Shown: positions 27,385 to 35,372 of the stretch, in pieces
Layout of the letters: each line of letters starts with the position of its first letter
Position numbering within the stretch: the first letter of the stretch is position 1
IMG/VR virus record: IMGVR_UViG_3300025150_000026
Location: 1-37,144 of that record
Length of the DNA: 37,144 nucleotides
DNA from: a virus
Taxonomy: Duplodnaviria > Caudoviricetes
Strand: one strand, 5' to 3'
Position numbers and translations under genes: made by a program
The notes under the pieces: model-generated
What the model was told of the DNA's origin: nothing
What the model saw: only the letters and a program-made list of their open reading frames with translations
Database searches by the model: none

Positions 27385-27794
27385 TGCCGATCTACGAATA
27401 CAAGTGCTCGAAGTGCGGGCATTCTTTCGAGTCCATGCAGAAGATGTCCGACCCGAATCCTCCTTGCCCGGCTCCGGCTGGGCTTCCGGGTACAAGCCAC
27501 CCGAACGGGGTCTGGGCGGATTTCTGGGCTGAGGCCAAGAAGAACTTCGAGGCGGGGAAGAAGACGCCGTACCCGGCTGCACCGACCTGGATGGATGTCG
27601 GACCGGAGTACGAGCACAACGTCATCCATATGGAGGGGGTGGACTCCTCCAAGTGGAAGTCCACCAAGAAGACCTTGGCCGACTGGCTCAGCGAGTCACC
27701 GGGGCCGTGTGGTGGGGAGACGGCGAAACAGATCAGCAGATCGAGCTTCCACCTGAAAGGCTCCGGGTGGTACGCCACGGACTACAAGAGGTAG
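27384..27794 (+). CDS. FmdB-family zinc-ribbon protein with large insertion
   Basis: MPIYEYKCSKCGHSFE...PPCP [insert] CGG...ISRSSFHLKGSGWYATDY. Confidence 0.85.
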   Translation: MPIYEYKCSKCGHSFESMQKMSDPNPPCPAPAGLPGTSHPNGVWADFWAEAKKNFEAGKKTPYPAAPTWMDVGPEYEHNVIHMEGVDSSKWKSTKKTLADWLSESPGPCGGETAKQISRSSFHLKGSGWYATDYKR

Positions 27795-27802
27795 CCTGGC
27801 CT

Positions 27803-27817
27803 CGGTAGGCAGCCTAT
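27803..27817 (+). promoter_or_regulatory. CGGT-N6-CCTAT motif
   Basis: CGGT aggcag CCTAT N11 GGTGAG, intergenic. Confidence 0.62.
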
Positions 27818-27871
27818 AACCCGAGGAGGGTGAGGGCCGACAAGACCGCCCACCAACGGAGCCATCACGTC

Positions 27872-28744
27872 ATGAACAAGACTGCCGCACTGGCTGGAAA
27901 GCTGCTCGATGCAGCCACCGATCCCAAGCTCGCCAACCAGGTCATGCCGAAGGTGGCCCGGCTCCTGAAGCAGGGCCATCCGGTGCAGGCGACCGTTCAC
28001 GAGTCCTCCAAGACGGCGGAGGCGGACAAGCAGGCGATGGCCCAGGCGGCTTTCGCCGCCTGGGCCATCGCCCGGGGCAAGACCTACACCGAGAACGAGT
28101 GCAAGGCGATGCTCGACCGCCTCGGCGTACCGTTCGTGACGGCCGAGGAGGGGAAGGCCAAGCGCAAGAGCGGTCCTCTGGCGGTCGGCGAGACGGTCTA
28201 CCCCGACCGCAACCAGAACACCAACGAGCAGAACTCCGACGCCTGCCGCAAGTACCACCTCCAGATCGGCCAGGTGGAGAAGGTGGAGCGGGACGGCGTG
28301 GCGGTCCGGTTCGAGGACAACAGGCTCGTGCGGTTCGAGGGTGGCAACACCCCGGGCAAGGACATCGGCCTTTACCGGGGCACTCCGGCCAACGTGGTCG
28401 AGCAGCGCCCCACCGGCAAGGCAGCCGTCGAGATCGTGTACATCTCCGACAAGAACGCCAAGCCCCCGACGAAGACCCAGGTGGAGCAGGTGCTCGACTA
28501 CGTGGAGAAGGGGGAGGCCCGGGGTGAGAGCCGCAACAAGGCGTACTACACCGGCCTGGCGCTCAAGCAGTCCGAGGGGAAGAACGGCTACTACTTCACC
28601 ATCTTCTCCCAGCAGCGGGATCGATTCCCCCGCAGCATCAACCCCCGGAAGGGCACCGTCCTCTACATCGGACGCCTCGGAGGTCGCCCCGGCGGCTGGA
28701 TGAAGGAGTACGAGAAGATGGTCGCCGGAGTCCAGAGCGAGTAG
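27872..28744 (+). CDS. Hypothetical protein
   Basis: ATG 27872 after GGAG; strongly host-like codons. Confidence 0.7.
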   Translation: MNKTAALAGKLLDAATDPKLANQVMPKVARLLKQGHPVQATVHESSKTAEADKQAMAQAAFAAWAIARGKTYTENECKAMLDRLGVPFVTAEEGKAKRKSGPLAVGETVYPDRNQNTNEQNSDACRKYHLQIGQVEKVERDGVAVRFEDNRLVRFEGGNTPGKDIGLYRGTPANVVEQRPTGKAAVEIVYISDKNAKPPTKTQVEQVLDYVEKGEARGESRNKAYYTGLALKQSEGKNGYYFTIFSQQRDRFPRSINPRKGTVLYIGRLGGRPGGWMKEYEKMVAGVQSE

Positions 28745-28746
28745 CC

Positions 28747-29424
28747 CTACGCCGCCCTCGGCTTCCCCATCCTCCAGCGGAGACGGTTGAACCAAGAAGC
28801 CCGGTTCAGGGCGTCGTAGACCTTCATGGTCATCACGACATCGCCCATGGCCGTGTGCGCCCCGACGATGGGGATCCCCAGGAACTCGCAGATGCCGCCC
28901 TCCTTCGAGAGGGAGAGCTTCTCCAGCCCGAGCGGGCGGAGGTGCTCATAGGCGAGCCCCACGGTGTCGATCTTGTGGTAGGGCAGGCGGAGGGGGACCG
29001 TGTTGCCGTCCCTGTCCTTCTGCGTGAGCCCTGCCCGGAGGACCATCTGGCCGATGAACCCCATGTCGAAGGCCGGGTTCTGGCCGATGATGGTGCAGTT
29101 GTCGATGAAGTCGGCGATCTGACGGGCCGCCTCATCCGGGTGCATCCGGTCTGCGGACCCGAGGTCATCTCGGGAGAGGCCGTTGACCTTGAGGGCGTAC
29201 TCGATGCCACCAGCCCACGACTGCCGGTTGAACCCAGGGAGACCCGCCGCCCACGGCGGGGGCTCGTCGAGGTACAGGGCACGGACCTTGATCTCCAAGG
29301 TCCCGGTGACCCGTCCGGTGGCGTCCCGCTTCACGGCGGCGAACTCGACGACCTCGTTCACTACGGGGTCCAGGCCAGTGGTTTCGCAGTCCAGAAAAAC
29401 TTCAGGCTTGTCGATCAGCCGCAT
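28747..29424 (-). CDS. DEDDh 3'-5' exonuclease (DnaQ-like)
   Basis: [10 protein letters not shown] (ExoI), GQNPAFD (ExoII), [11 protein letters not shown] (ExoIII); ATG 29424 after GGAGG. Confidence 0.9.
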   Translation of the reverse strand: MRLIDKPEVFLDCETTGLDPVVNEVVEFAAVKRDATGRVTGTLEIKVRALYLDEPPPWAAGLPGFNRQSWAGGIEYALKVNGLSRDDLGSADRMHPDEAARQIADFIDNCTIIGQNPAFDMGFIGQMVLRAGLTQKDRDGNTVPLRLPYHKIDTVGLAYEHLRPLGLEKLSLSKEGGICEFLGIPIVGAHTAMGDVVMTMKVYDALNRASWFNRLRWRMGKPRAA

Positions 29425-29980
29425 GGGGGCATCCTCCAGGGTTGTGGGACTTGGCGAAGTTGCAGTTGTGGCAGAGGATCTGGAACCCTTCGGGGAAATC
29501 GTTCTCCACAAGCCAGCGGTAGAACTTGGTGGACCCAATCATTTTTCCTCCGCCCAACTGGCGACGATGCTCATTACCCCTTCCGCCCACATGATCAACC
29601 GTGAGGAACGCCGGTTCCCGCTCCCCGCAGCAGACGCAAAAGCCGCCGTAGGCCCCCAAGACCTGCTCTCGCCGCCTCTGGTGCCGCTCCTTCGCATACC
29701 TTCGGTTCCTTTTCCGCACCTTCAGGGCTACGTCCGGGTATTTTCGAGCTTCGACCCGCTGACGATTCCTACAGGATCTACAGAGGGTGTCGTGCAAGTA
29801 AAATGGTCCTGGTGCTTTGCAGTTGCGGCACAACCCATCCCAGGAGGCTTTCCGCACAAGTTGACTTTTCAGCGGGTCTCCATTTGCCCGCCAACGGCCA
29901 TAATGAAACACGCACCAGCCTCGTGCCCGAGAAGGGCGGTCGCATCCTTCAATGGAGCAGGTCTTCATGGCCGTCATCAT
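29402..29980 (-). CDS. Free-standing HNH homing endonuclease
   Basis: CSIEGC...GWCVFHY N-terminus; [10 protein letters not shown]...LTVDH...LCHNCNFAK; lower GC; stop overlaps the exonuclease start. Confidence 0.82.
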   Translation of the reverse strand: MMTAMKTCSIEGCDRPSRARGWCVFHYGRWRANGDPLKSQLVRKASWDGLCRNCKAPGPFYLHDTLCRSCRNRQRVEARKYPDVALKVRKRNRRYAKERHQRRREQVLGAYGGFCVCCGEREPAFLTVDHVGGRGNEHRRQLGGGKMIGSTKFYRWLVENDFPEGFQILCHNCNFAKSHNPGGCPHAADRQA

Positions 29981-30115
29981 CCTTGACACTGTGGTTGTTG
30001 TCAAGTATCGAGGAACACAACACCACCTCAAACTTTGGCCTTTGGTGAAACTTTGGACGGGGCCTCATTTGGCGTTCGGGTAGGGTAGAGAGTTTCGAGG
30101 ACGGAGGCCCGAGGC

Positions 30116-30688
30116 ATGAGCAAACAGCGCACGTACAGGGAGCCGCTGGATCCGGTGTGGTCCTCGACCCTCCTGTCTGTGCCCTCTACCCGCACCCCCG
30201 ACAAGACGGTCGCTCAGGATCTCCAAGAGCTTCGGGCCGCTTTCGAGGAGACCGTGGCGGAGGCCCAGAAAGTGCTGGATGACCACCCGTTCTCCGAGGT
30301 CATTGCCACCGAGGCAGCCCGCCGGGCGGGGCGACGTGGGGAAGCGGGGTTGGTCGTGGAGGCCGACGGGCAGGTCTATCTGGAGATCCGCTACCACACC
30401 CAGAAGGCAGCGGCCGACCCCAAGGCCCCAAGAACGTGGTCCAGCGACCTCCCCTCCATCAAGGATCTTCGGGACGAGGCGACATCCCTCGGCATCGACC
30501 CGGCCCAGTTCGGCAGGTCCAAGACACGGCTGAAGGCGGCCATCGACGAGGCCAGAGCCCAGGCGTCCAGGCCGAAGATGGTTAAGACCGGGGTTGCCGT
30601 GGGACCTGTCACGGTCTTGAATCCCTCCAAGAGCCCCCTCACCGAGGCCGCCGAAGACGTGGACATCCACGACCTTCTCGCCGACTAG
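30116..30688 (+). CDS. Hypothetical protein with HeH/Rho-N-like motif
   Basis: SIKDLRDEATSLGIDPAQFGRSKTRLKAAI; SD GGAGG. Confidence 0.6.
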   Translation: MSKQRTYREPLDPVWSSTLLSVPSTRTPDKTVAQDLQELRAAFEETVAEAQKVLDDHPFSEVIATEAARRAGRRGEAGLVVEADGQVYLEIRYHTQKAAADPKAPRTWSSDLPSIKDLRDEATSLGIDPAQFGRSKTRLKAAIDEARAQASRPKMVKTGVAVGPVTVLNPSKSPLTEAAEDVDIHDLLAD

Positions 30689-30692
30689 CCAG

Positions 30693-30707
30693 CGGTTTCC
30701 AGCCTAT
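30693..30707 (+). promoter_or_regulatory. CGGT-N6-CCTAT motif
   Basis: CGGT ttccag CCTAT N11 GGTG, intergenic. Confidence 0.62.
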
Positions 30708-30740
30708 AGCCGACCCCAGGTGTAGACGCTGGGAGCGGTA

Positions 30741-31061
30741 ATGGCCGAGTGGTGGTTCAACAACAGCGGGCAGAACATGCTCCAGGGCATCCCGGGAGAT
30801 GAGTCCAACCCGGCCCTTTTGCCCGACGAGAAGATCGCCTCGTTCTTCGACCGGATCCCCGAGGCGAGGGCGAGCTACCTGCGTCTCCGCACGGGCCTCC
30901 CAGAGGCCGAGCGTGAGCGGCTCGACACCCTTCTCCGCATGGCTGATGGGGTTGAACTTGACCCGGTGGTGATCTCCGACGCCATTCAGAGGAACTGGAA
31001 CCAGGCTGGAGTACGGACGGCAGGGAAATACGGCGGGACCCGTCGTGGGGGGAACAGGTGA
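30741..31061 (+). CDS. Hypothetical protein
   Basis: SD GGAG. Confidence 0.65.
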   Translation: MAEWWFNNSGQNMLQGIPGDESNPALLPDEKIASFFDRIPEARASYLRLRTGLPEAERERLDTLLRMADGVELDPVVISDAIQRNWNQAGVRTAGKYGGTRRGGNR

Positions 31062-31390
31062 TGGACGAGCCCGACCTCAAGCCCCCAATGCAGAGCAAGA
31101 AGTTCGTGGCGTTCCTGGTGTCCGAGGTCACCTGGAAGGTCATCGTGGGGCTCATTCTCGTCCTGGGGATGAAGAATGCCAGCGTGGACCTCATGGTGGG
31201 GAGCATCATCCTGGCCTGCGTGCTCATCGCTGGGTTCGTCGAGGTGACTTATATCGGAAAGCAATCGGATTTGGACAAATATACCCGTTTGGCTATGATG
31301 GGCATCAAGGAAACAGCCTCCGGGTTGCGAGGCAAGGAGCCATCTGATGCCAAAACGGTTCGACCTGACAGGGAAAATGTTCGGGAGTAG
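31058..31390 (+). CDS. Small 2-TM membrane protein (possibly holin-like)
   Basis: SKKF followed by two hydrophobic helices and a charged tail. Confidence 0.55.
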   Translation: MMDEPDLKPPMQSKKFVAFLVSEVTWKVIVGLILVLGMKNASVDLMVGSIILACVLIAGFVEVTYIGKQSDLDKYTRLAMMGIKETASGLRGKEPSDAKTVRPDRENVRE

Positions 31391-32362
31391 AGCAGTGCTG
31401 AAGAAGGTGGACATTCCCGGGCGGCAGGCCCACTGGCTTGTCCGCTGCTCCTGCGGGCGTGAGGATGTTGTCCCCTCGCAACGGCTACGCAACGGTCTTG
31501 GCAAATCTTGCCGGGACTGCGGTTCTCGTGGCAACCGCCTGATCGACATCTCGGGTCGATCTTTCGGGTCTTGGACAGCCCTGCACTGGAACCCGGACAA
31601 GGACGGTTGGGCTGTTCGGTGTTCCTGCGGGAACCTCTCCACGGTAAAGGGATGTGACCTCCGAGGAGGTCACAGTACCCAATGTAAGGTGTGTTCTTCT
31701 CGGAAGTATGACTACAAGATGGATCTCACCAACCCGGATTGGTGTTGGTTGTTGGGCCTTTTTCACGGAGACACGCCCGATACAGAATGGGGCATGGGGG
31801 GTCTTTGGACTTTGCCTGCAAGCCCAAAGACCGCCAGGCCGAGATCCTCAAGGGTTTGAAATCGGTTGGGTTGATGGGTGGGATCCACCAGAACCGGAAC
31901 GGGGTCCGGGTGTTCTCCACAACGCTGGCTCTGGACTTTTTGCGGTTCAAGGTTTGTGGCGTTGGCCATGAGTCCTGGGTTTTTGACGAGACACCCCTAC
32001 ACAAGGGCGAGTGGGTGGCTGGGCTTCTTGACGCTGACGGGTCAGTGAGACCCGACGGAAACATTCTGTTCTACCAGAAGCCGCATGGCGGCCTGGGTCT
32101 GCTTTGCGGCATCCTTGACGAGTGGGGGGTTCTCTATACACGCAAACCACAGAGGGGCCGTAACTTGGAGGTCGTGCGAGTGCGGAAACAATCGGTCCCC
32201 TTTTTTGCGAGACGGGTACGCCCCCGGTTCCTTCCGAAGTACACCCGCCTCGCTCAGATCGCCGCCAACAACGGGCACAGCTTGAAGCTCAAAGGTGCCG
32301 AGTTCACGAAGGACGTGCCGGTAGGGACTTCAGACCGGAACGAGCCTGAATCTCACGGGTAG
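31347..32362 (+). pseudogene. Frameshifted free-standing LAGLIDADG homing endonuclease with two N-terminal DLxGxxFG...RCSCG repeats
   Basis: ORF 31347 reaches WLLGLFHGD at 31772; the continuation HARY...WVAGLLDADG lies in the -1 frame (ORF 31739..32362). Confidence 0.75.
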
Positions 32363-32363
32363 A

Positions 32364-32759
32364 ATGAGGCCGGAGAACCGTATGCGACTTGCCCTCTTGG
32401 CTCTTTTTTGCGTGGTCCTTGCCCTCCCGACGGGAGGATGCGTGGCCACGTCCGTTCGGTTGTCGAAGGTGTTGAAGGCCGAGTTGCAGTGGTTCACATC
32501 GGCGGCCGTTCAGCAGGCCAATCACCTCCAGCACTTCGTCGCAACCCACCCCCAGTGTAAGTGCGATGAGGGGAACACCAGATTCCTCGACCCTCAGTGC
32601 CAGAAAGCCGCCAGGGCTCTCCTGACGGCCCTGCACCGAGCCCCCTGGCACCGAGACATGGCGTTGTACAACGCCGGTCTACTGGACGTGCGGCCCCCCA
32701 AGGAGCCTCCGGTCATCCCTGACCCAGCCCTTCTGTGTGAGGGCGGAGAGGTGGACTGA
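32364..32759 (+). CDS. Putative lipoprotein/secreted protein
   Basis: MRLALLALFCVVLALPTGGC signal-like N-terminus (start may be 32382). Confidence 0.55.
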   Translation: MRPENRMRLALLALFCVVLALPTGGCVATSVRLSKVLKAELQWFTSAAVQQANHLQHFVATHPQCKCDEGNTRFLDPQCQKAARALLTALHRAPWHRDMALYNAGLLDVRPPKEPPVIPDPALLCEGGEVD

Positions 32760-33142
32760 TGGACTTGCAAGCCCTGGTCAATACCCTGCTGCCCATCCTT
32801 GGGCAGGTGGGGGTGGACCTCCTGACCAAGGAGGTGGGGGATCTCACGGCAGACGCCAAGGAGCCCTGGAAGAAAGCCATCCTCGGGCTCGTCGCCAACG
32901 CCGTACAGACGTTCGGACCCCAGGGGGTTCAGGTGGCCACCGATGCCATCAATGACCTTCTGAATGGGGAGCAGCCGGACATCTCGTGGGCTGACCTGGA
33001 TGTGGCCAGTGACATCCTTACCCACATGCAGAACGCCGAAGCAGACCGGACCACAGCCGCCAAGGACTTCCTGGCCAAGGTAGGCAAGGTGCTGGGAATG
33101 GTCTTCGGAGGTTTCCTCAAGGGGCTACTTGCCGCTGTGTGA
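32759..33142 (+). CDS. Hypothetical protein, amphipathic/hydrophobic termini
   Basis: TGATG coupling; SD GAGG. Confidence 0.65.
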   Translation: MDLQALVNTLLPILGQVGVDLLTKEVGDLTADAKEPWKKAILGLVANAVQTFGPQGVQVATDAINDLLNGEQPDISWADLDVASDILTHMQNAEADRTTAAKDFLAKVGKVLGMVFGGFLKGLLAAV

Positions 33143-33158
33143 CCTGAAGGAGAAGAAG

Positions 33159-33545
33159 ATGAGCTACCGTCCGCCACATTCACGTATGCGGGAGATCAAG
33201 CAGCGGGCCGTCCCCGAGCGGGGACGACTCGCTTCCGCTGCCGTCGTGCAGCCCGCCAACGTCGAAGAGGCGCTGAAGACCGTCTCCGAGCCTGCGCCGG
33301 AGGCACCGCCCGAGCCGAAGCCGGAGCCGGATCCCATCGTGGACGAGGCCCCGGGGGACGATGCCACCCCTCAGCCCGAAGATGACACCGACACCACCGA
33401 GGTCAGCCTGGACATGAAGCGGGACGAACTCAACACCGTCGCCGTTTCGCTGGGGGTCGAGAACCCCGACAAGCTGCCCAACAAGCAGGCGGTGATCGAT
33501 GCCATCAACGAGGTGAAGGGGGGGAGGCTGACAGGAGGAGCCTAG
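33159..33545 (+). CDS. Hypothetical protein with C-terminal HeH/Rho-N-like motif
   Basis: DMKRDELNTVAVSLGVENPDKLPNKQAVIDAI after a Pro/acidic linker; SD AAGGAG. Confidence 0.6.
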   Translation: MSYRPPHSRMREIKQRAVPERGRLASAAVVQPANVEEALKTVSEPAPEAPPEPKPEPDPIVDEAPGDDATPQPEDDTDTTEVSLDMKRDELNTVAVSLGVENPDKLPNKQAVIDAINEVKGGRLTGGA

Positions 33546-34033
33546 TGAGCACCCCCTCTCACATGAGGGTGCATAAGTACATCCCAGACCGACTTTTCGG
33601 GTTTTGTGTCGATGATTCGGGCAACCAGGTGTTTTTCCACCTCGCTGTGTTCCACCCGGGTGCTGCGACCATCAAGCGATGCCGGAAATGTCCGTCGGAG
33701 GGGTGTTCTTGGGTTGATGCACCACCTCCACCCATCTTGGGTGAAGAGGTGGAAGTCACGCTCGACAGCACCAACCCGCCCCCCGAGGGGCGTGCCCCCA
33801 GAGCAACCCGAGTCGAGCGTGTTTCGGAGCCCTCGGCCGTTGAGGGCCTCGTAGACATGTTCGACGCCCAGCGAGGTTTCGGGTTTGTCGTCGGTGAGGA
33901 TGGGGTCTCCTATCACCTCCACACCAGCGAGATCCTCGACCACAAAATCCCGCTGAAGGGGCAGACGGTCATGTTCTTCCCGGGTGTCCGTCAAGGACGC
34001 CCCAGGGCGTGCCATGTGAAGGTGTGCGGATGA
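33545..34033 (+). CDS. Tandem cold-shock-domain protein
   Basis: Two RNP1/RNP2 pairs: LFGF...VFFH and RGFGF...YHLH. Confidence 0.75.
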   Translation: MSTPSHMRVHKYIPDRLFGFCVDDSGNQVFFHLAVFHPGAATIKRCRKCPSEGCSWVDAPPPPILGEEVEVTLDSTNPPPEGRAPRATRVERVSEPSAVEGLVDMFDAQRGFGFVVGEDGVSYHLHTSEILDHKIPLKGQTVMFFPGVRQGRPRACHVKVCG

Positions 34034-34752
34034 GCGAACCTGCAAAGAAGGGCCTGAACGACAAGGGCCTCATCGACGAGAACACCAAGAACGTCAACGT
34101 CGGTGGTCACAAGGAACTGGTCAGAGAGGGCCAGAACGCCTTCGGTGGCAAGAACCCGGTGGGGCTCTACGTGCCGATGTCGGAGGACGAGCAGGAAGTC
34201 CTCATGCGGCTTCAGGAGTCCCAAGATCTCCAACTGGTCATCCACGGCTGGGGGACCATCCCCAACCCGGTGATGGTCGTCGGGGACCACAGGGTTGGTA
34301 TCAAGTTCCGCATCACCTTCAAGGGTCTCCTCGTCGCCCAGCCGCTTCCGTACCTCGACCTGGAACTGAAGCTCGGCAACGGGATGTCCATCTATCGGGA
34401 CCGCAAGCCCACCCTGATCGACAACAAGCCCATCATGATCTCCGAGGGGATGCACCTCGATCTCCAGTGGGACATCGCCATCCGGCACATGGAGCCGGAG
34501 TTCGTCCGGCTCATCAAGCCGGGGGCCACAGGGCTCACCAGTCGCCGCCAGGACAAGGACACCAAGGAGATGACGGACCTGGGCAACATGCGGCTCGACG
34601 TGGGCCGCCAGGCCCTCCTTCGCAAGGTGGAGGACGGCCAGCGAAGGGTGCGGAAGATGGATGAGGTGGAGGCTATCCGGGCGTCAGCCTCCACCGGCGA
34701 GAAGCTGGTCAAGACCAAGGACGGCGTGGAGTACAACCCCACGGGGTCCTGA
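34030..34752 (+). CDS. Hypothetical protein
   Basis: ATGA overlap; host-like codons. Confidence 0.7.
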   Translation: MSEPAKKGLNDKGLIDENTKNVNVGGHKELVREGQNAFGGKNPVGLYVPMSEDEQEVLMRLQESQDLQLVIHGWGTIPNPVMVVGDHRVGIKFRITFKGLLVAQPLPYLDLELKLGNGMSIYRDRKPTLIDNKPIMISEGMHLDLQWDIAIRHMEPEFVRLIKPGATGLTSRRQDKDTKEMTDLGNMRLDVGRQALLRKVEDGQRRVRKMDEVEAIRASASTGEKLVKTKDGVEYNPTGS

Positions 34753-34754
34753 GC

Positions 34755-34769
34755 CGGTAGCTCTCCTAT
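34755..34769 (+). promoter_or_regulatory. CGGT-N6-CCTAT motif
   Basis: CGGT agctct CCTAT N12 GGTG, intergenic. Confidence 0.62.
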
Positions 34770-34804
34770 CGCCCATCCCAGGGTGGGGCGGTGAGGAGAA
34801 TTCC

Positions 34805-35242
34805 GTGAGCCGAATCGAGCAGAGACGGGCCAAAGCGGAGATGTTCAAGCTGGCGTGCGGAGCCCGTATGTCGCTCTCCGATCCGCTCTTCAACTTCCGT
34901 GAGATCGCCAAGCAGTTGCTCCTGCTGGAGGACCACCTCCTGCACGCATCCAAGCACTGCCCCGACTGCATCCGCAAACACCTCATGACAGTCGAGGCCC
35001 TGGCCGAGGAGGCCACCAGCCTCGACTCGAAGGGGGAGTACACGGAGACCTCGGAGCGCCTGGCCGAAGTCGGCCGGGTCTGGCTCGAACGGGTCATCGA
35101 CTCGGAGCCCTCCGAGTGGGCGGACGTGGGCCAGCAGGTGAGGGCCATCCGCAAGGAACTGGTACAGCAGGTCCACGACCCCAGGGGTCCTGCCGAGAGG
35201 GTTGCATCGCTTCACCTGGCCCGGCACCGACACGTCCACTGA
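34805..35242 (+). CDS. Hypothetical protein (HCxxCxxKH motif)
   Basis: GTG 34805 after GAGGAG; LLEDHL...HCPDCIRKH. Confidence 0.65.
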   Translation: MSRIEQRRAKAEMFKLACGARMSLSDPLFNFREIAKQLLLLEDHLLHASKHCPDCIRKHLMTVEALAEEATSLDSKGEYTETSERLAEVGRVWLERVIDSEPSEWADVGQQVRAIRKELVQQVHDPRGPAERVASLHLARHRHVH

Positions 35243-35288
35243 TCCCCTGGTAGCGGGTATGGTCGCTCGGGGTCACGAGGAGGCTGCC

Positions 35289-35336
35289 ATGCCGAGAGGG
35301 AGCATCGAGGTCATCACCGGCTGCATGTTCAGCGGT
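35289..35336 (+). pseudogene. Abandoned 5' end of thymidine kinase (MPRGSIEVITGCMFSG), in frame with the HEG
   Basis: Strong SD GAGGAGG; 16 codons paralleling MAGRIEVICGSMFSG at 36122. Confidence 0.85.
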
Positions 35337-35347
35337 GGTTTGCCTAT
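35333..35347 (+). promoter_or_regulatory. CGGT-N6-CCTAT motif at the insertion junction
   Basis: CGGT ggtttg CCTAT N11 GGTGGAGG upstream of ATG 35373. Confidence 0.62.
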
Positions 35348-35372
35348 ACCCCTCCGAGGGTGGAGGTGCTCG

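Noticed and set aside
31757-31764. Programmed -1 frameshift at CCTTTTTC rescuing the LAGLIDADG gene
   Set aside because: Slipping there would drop the catalytic HGD residues, so a deletion is the simpler explanation.
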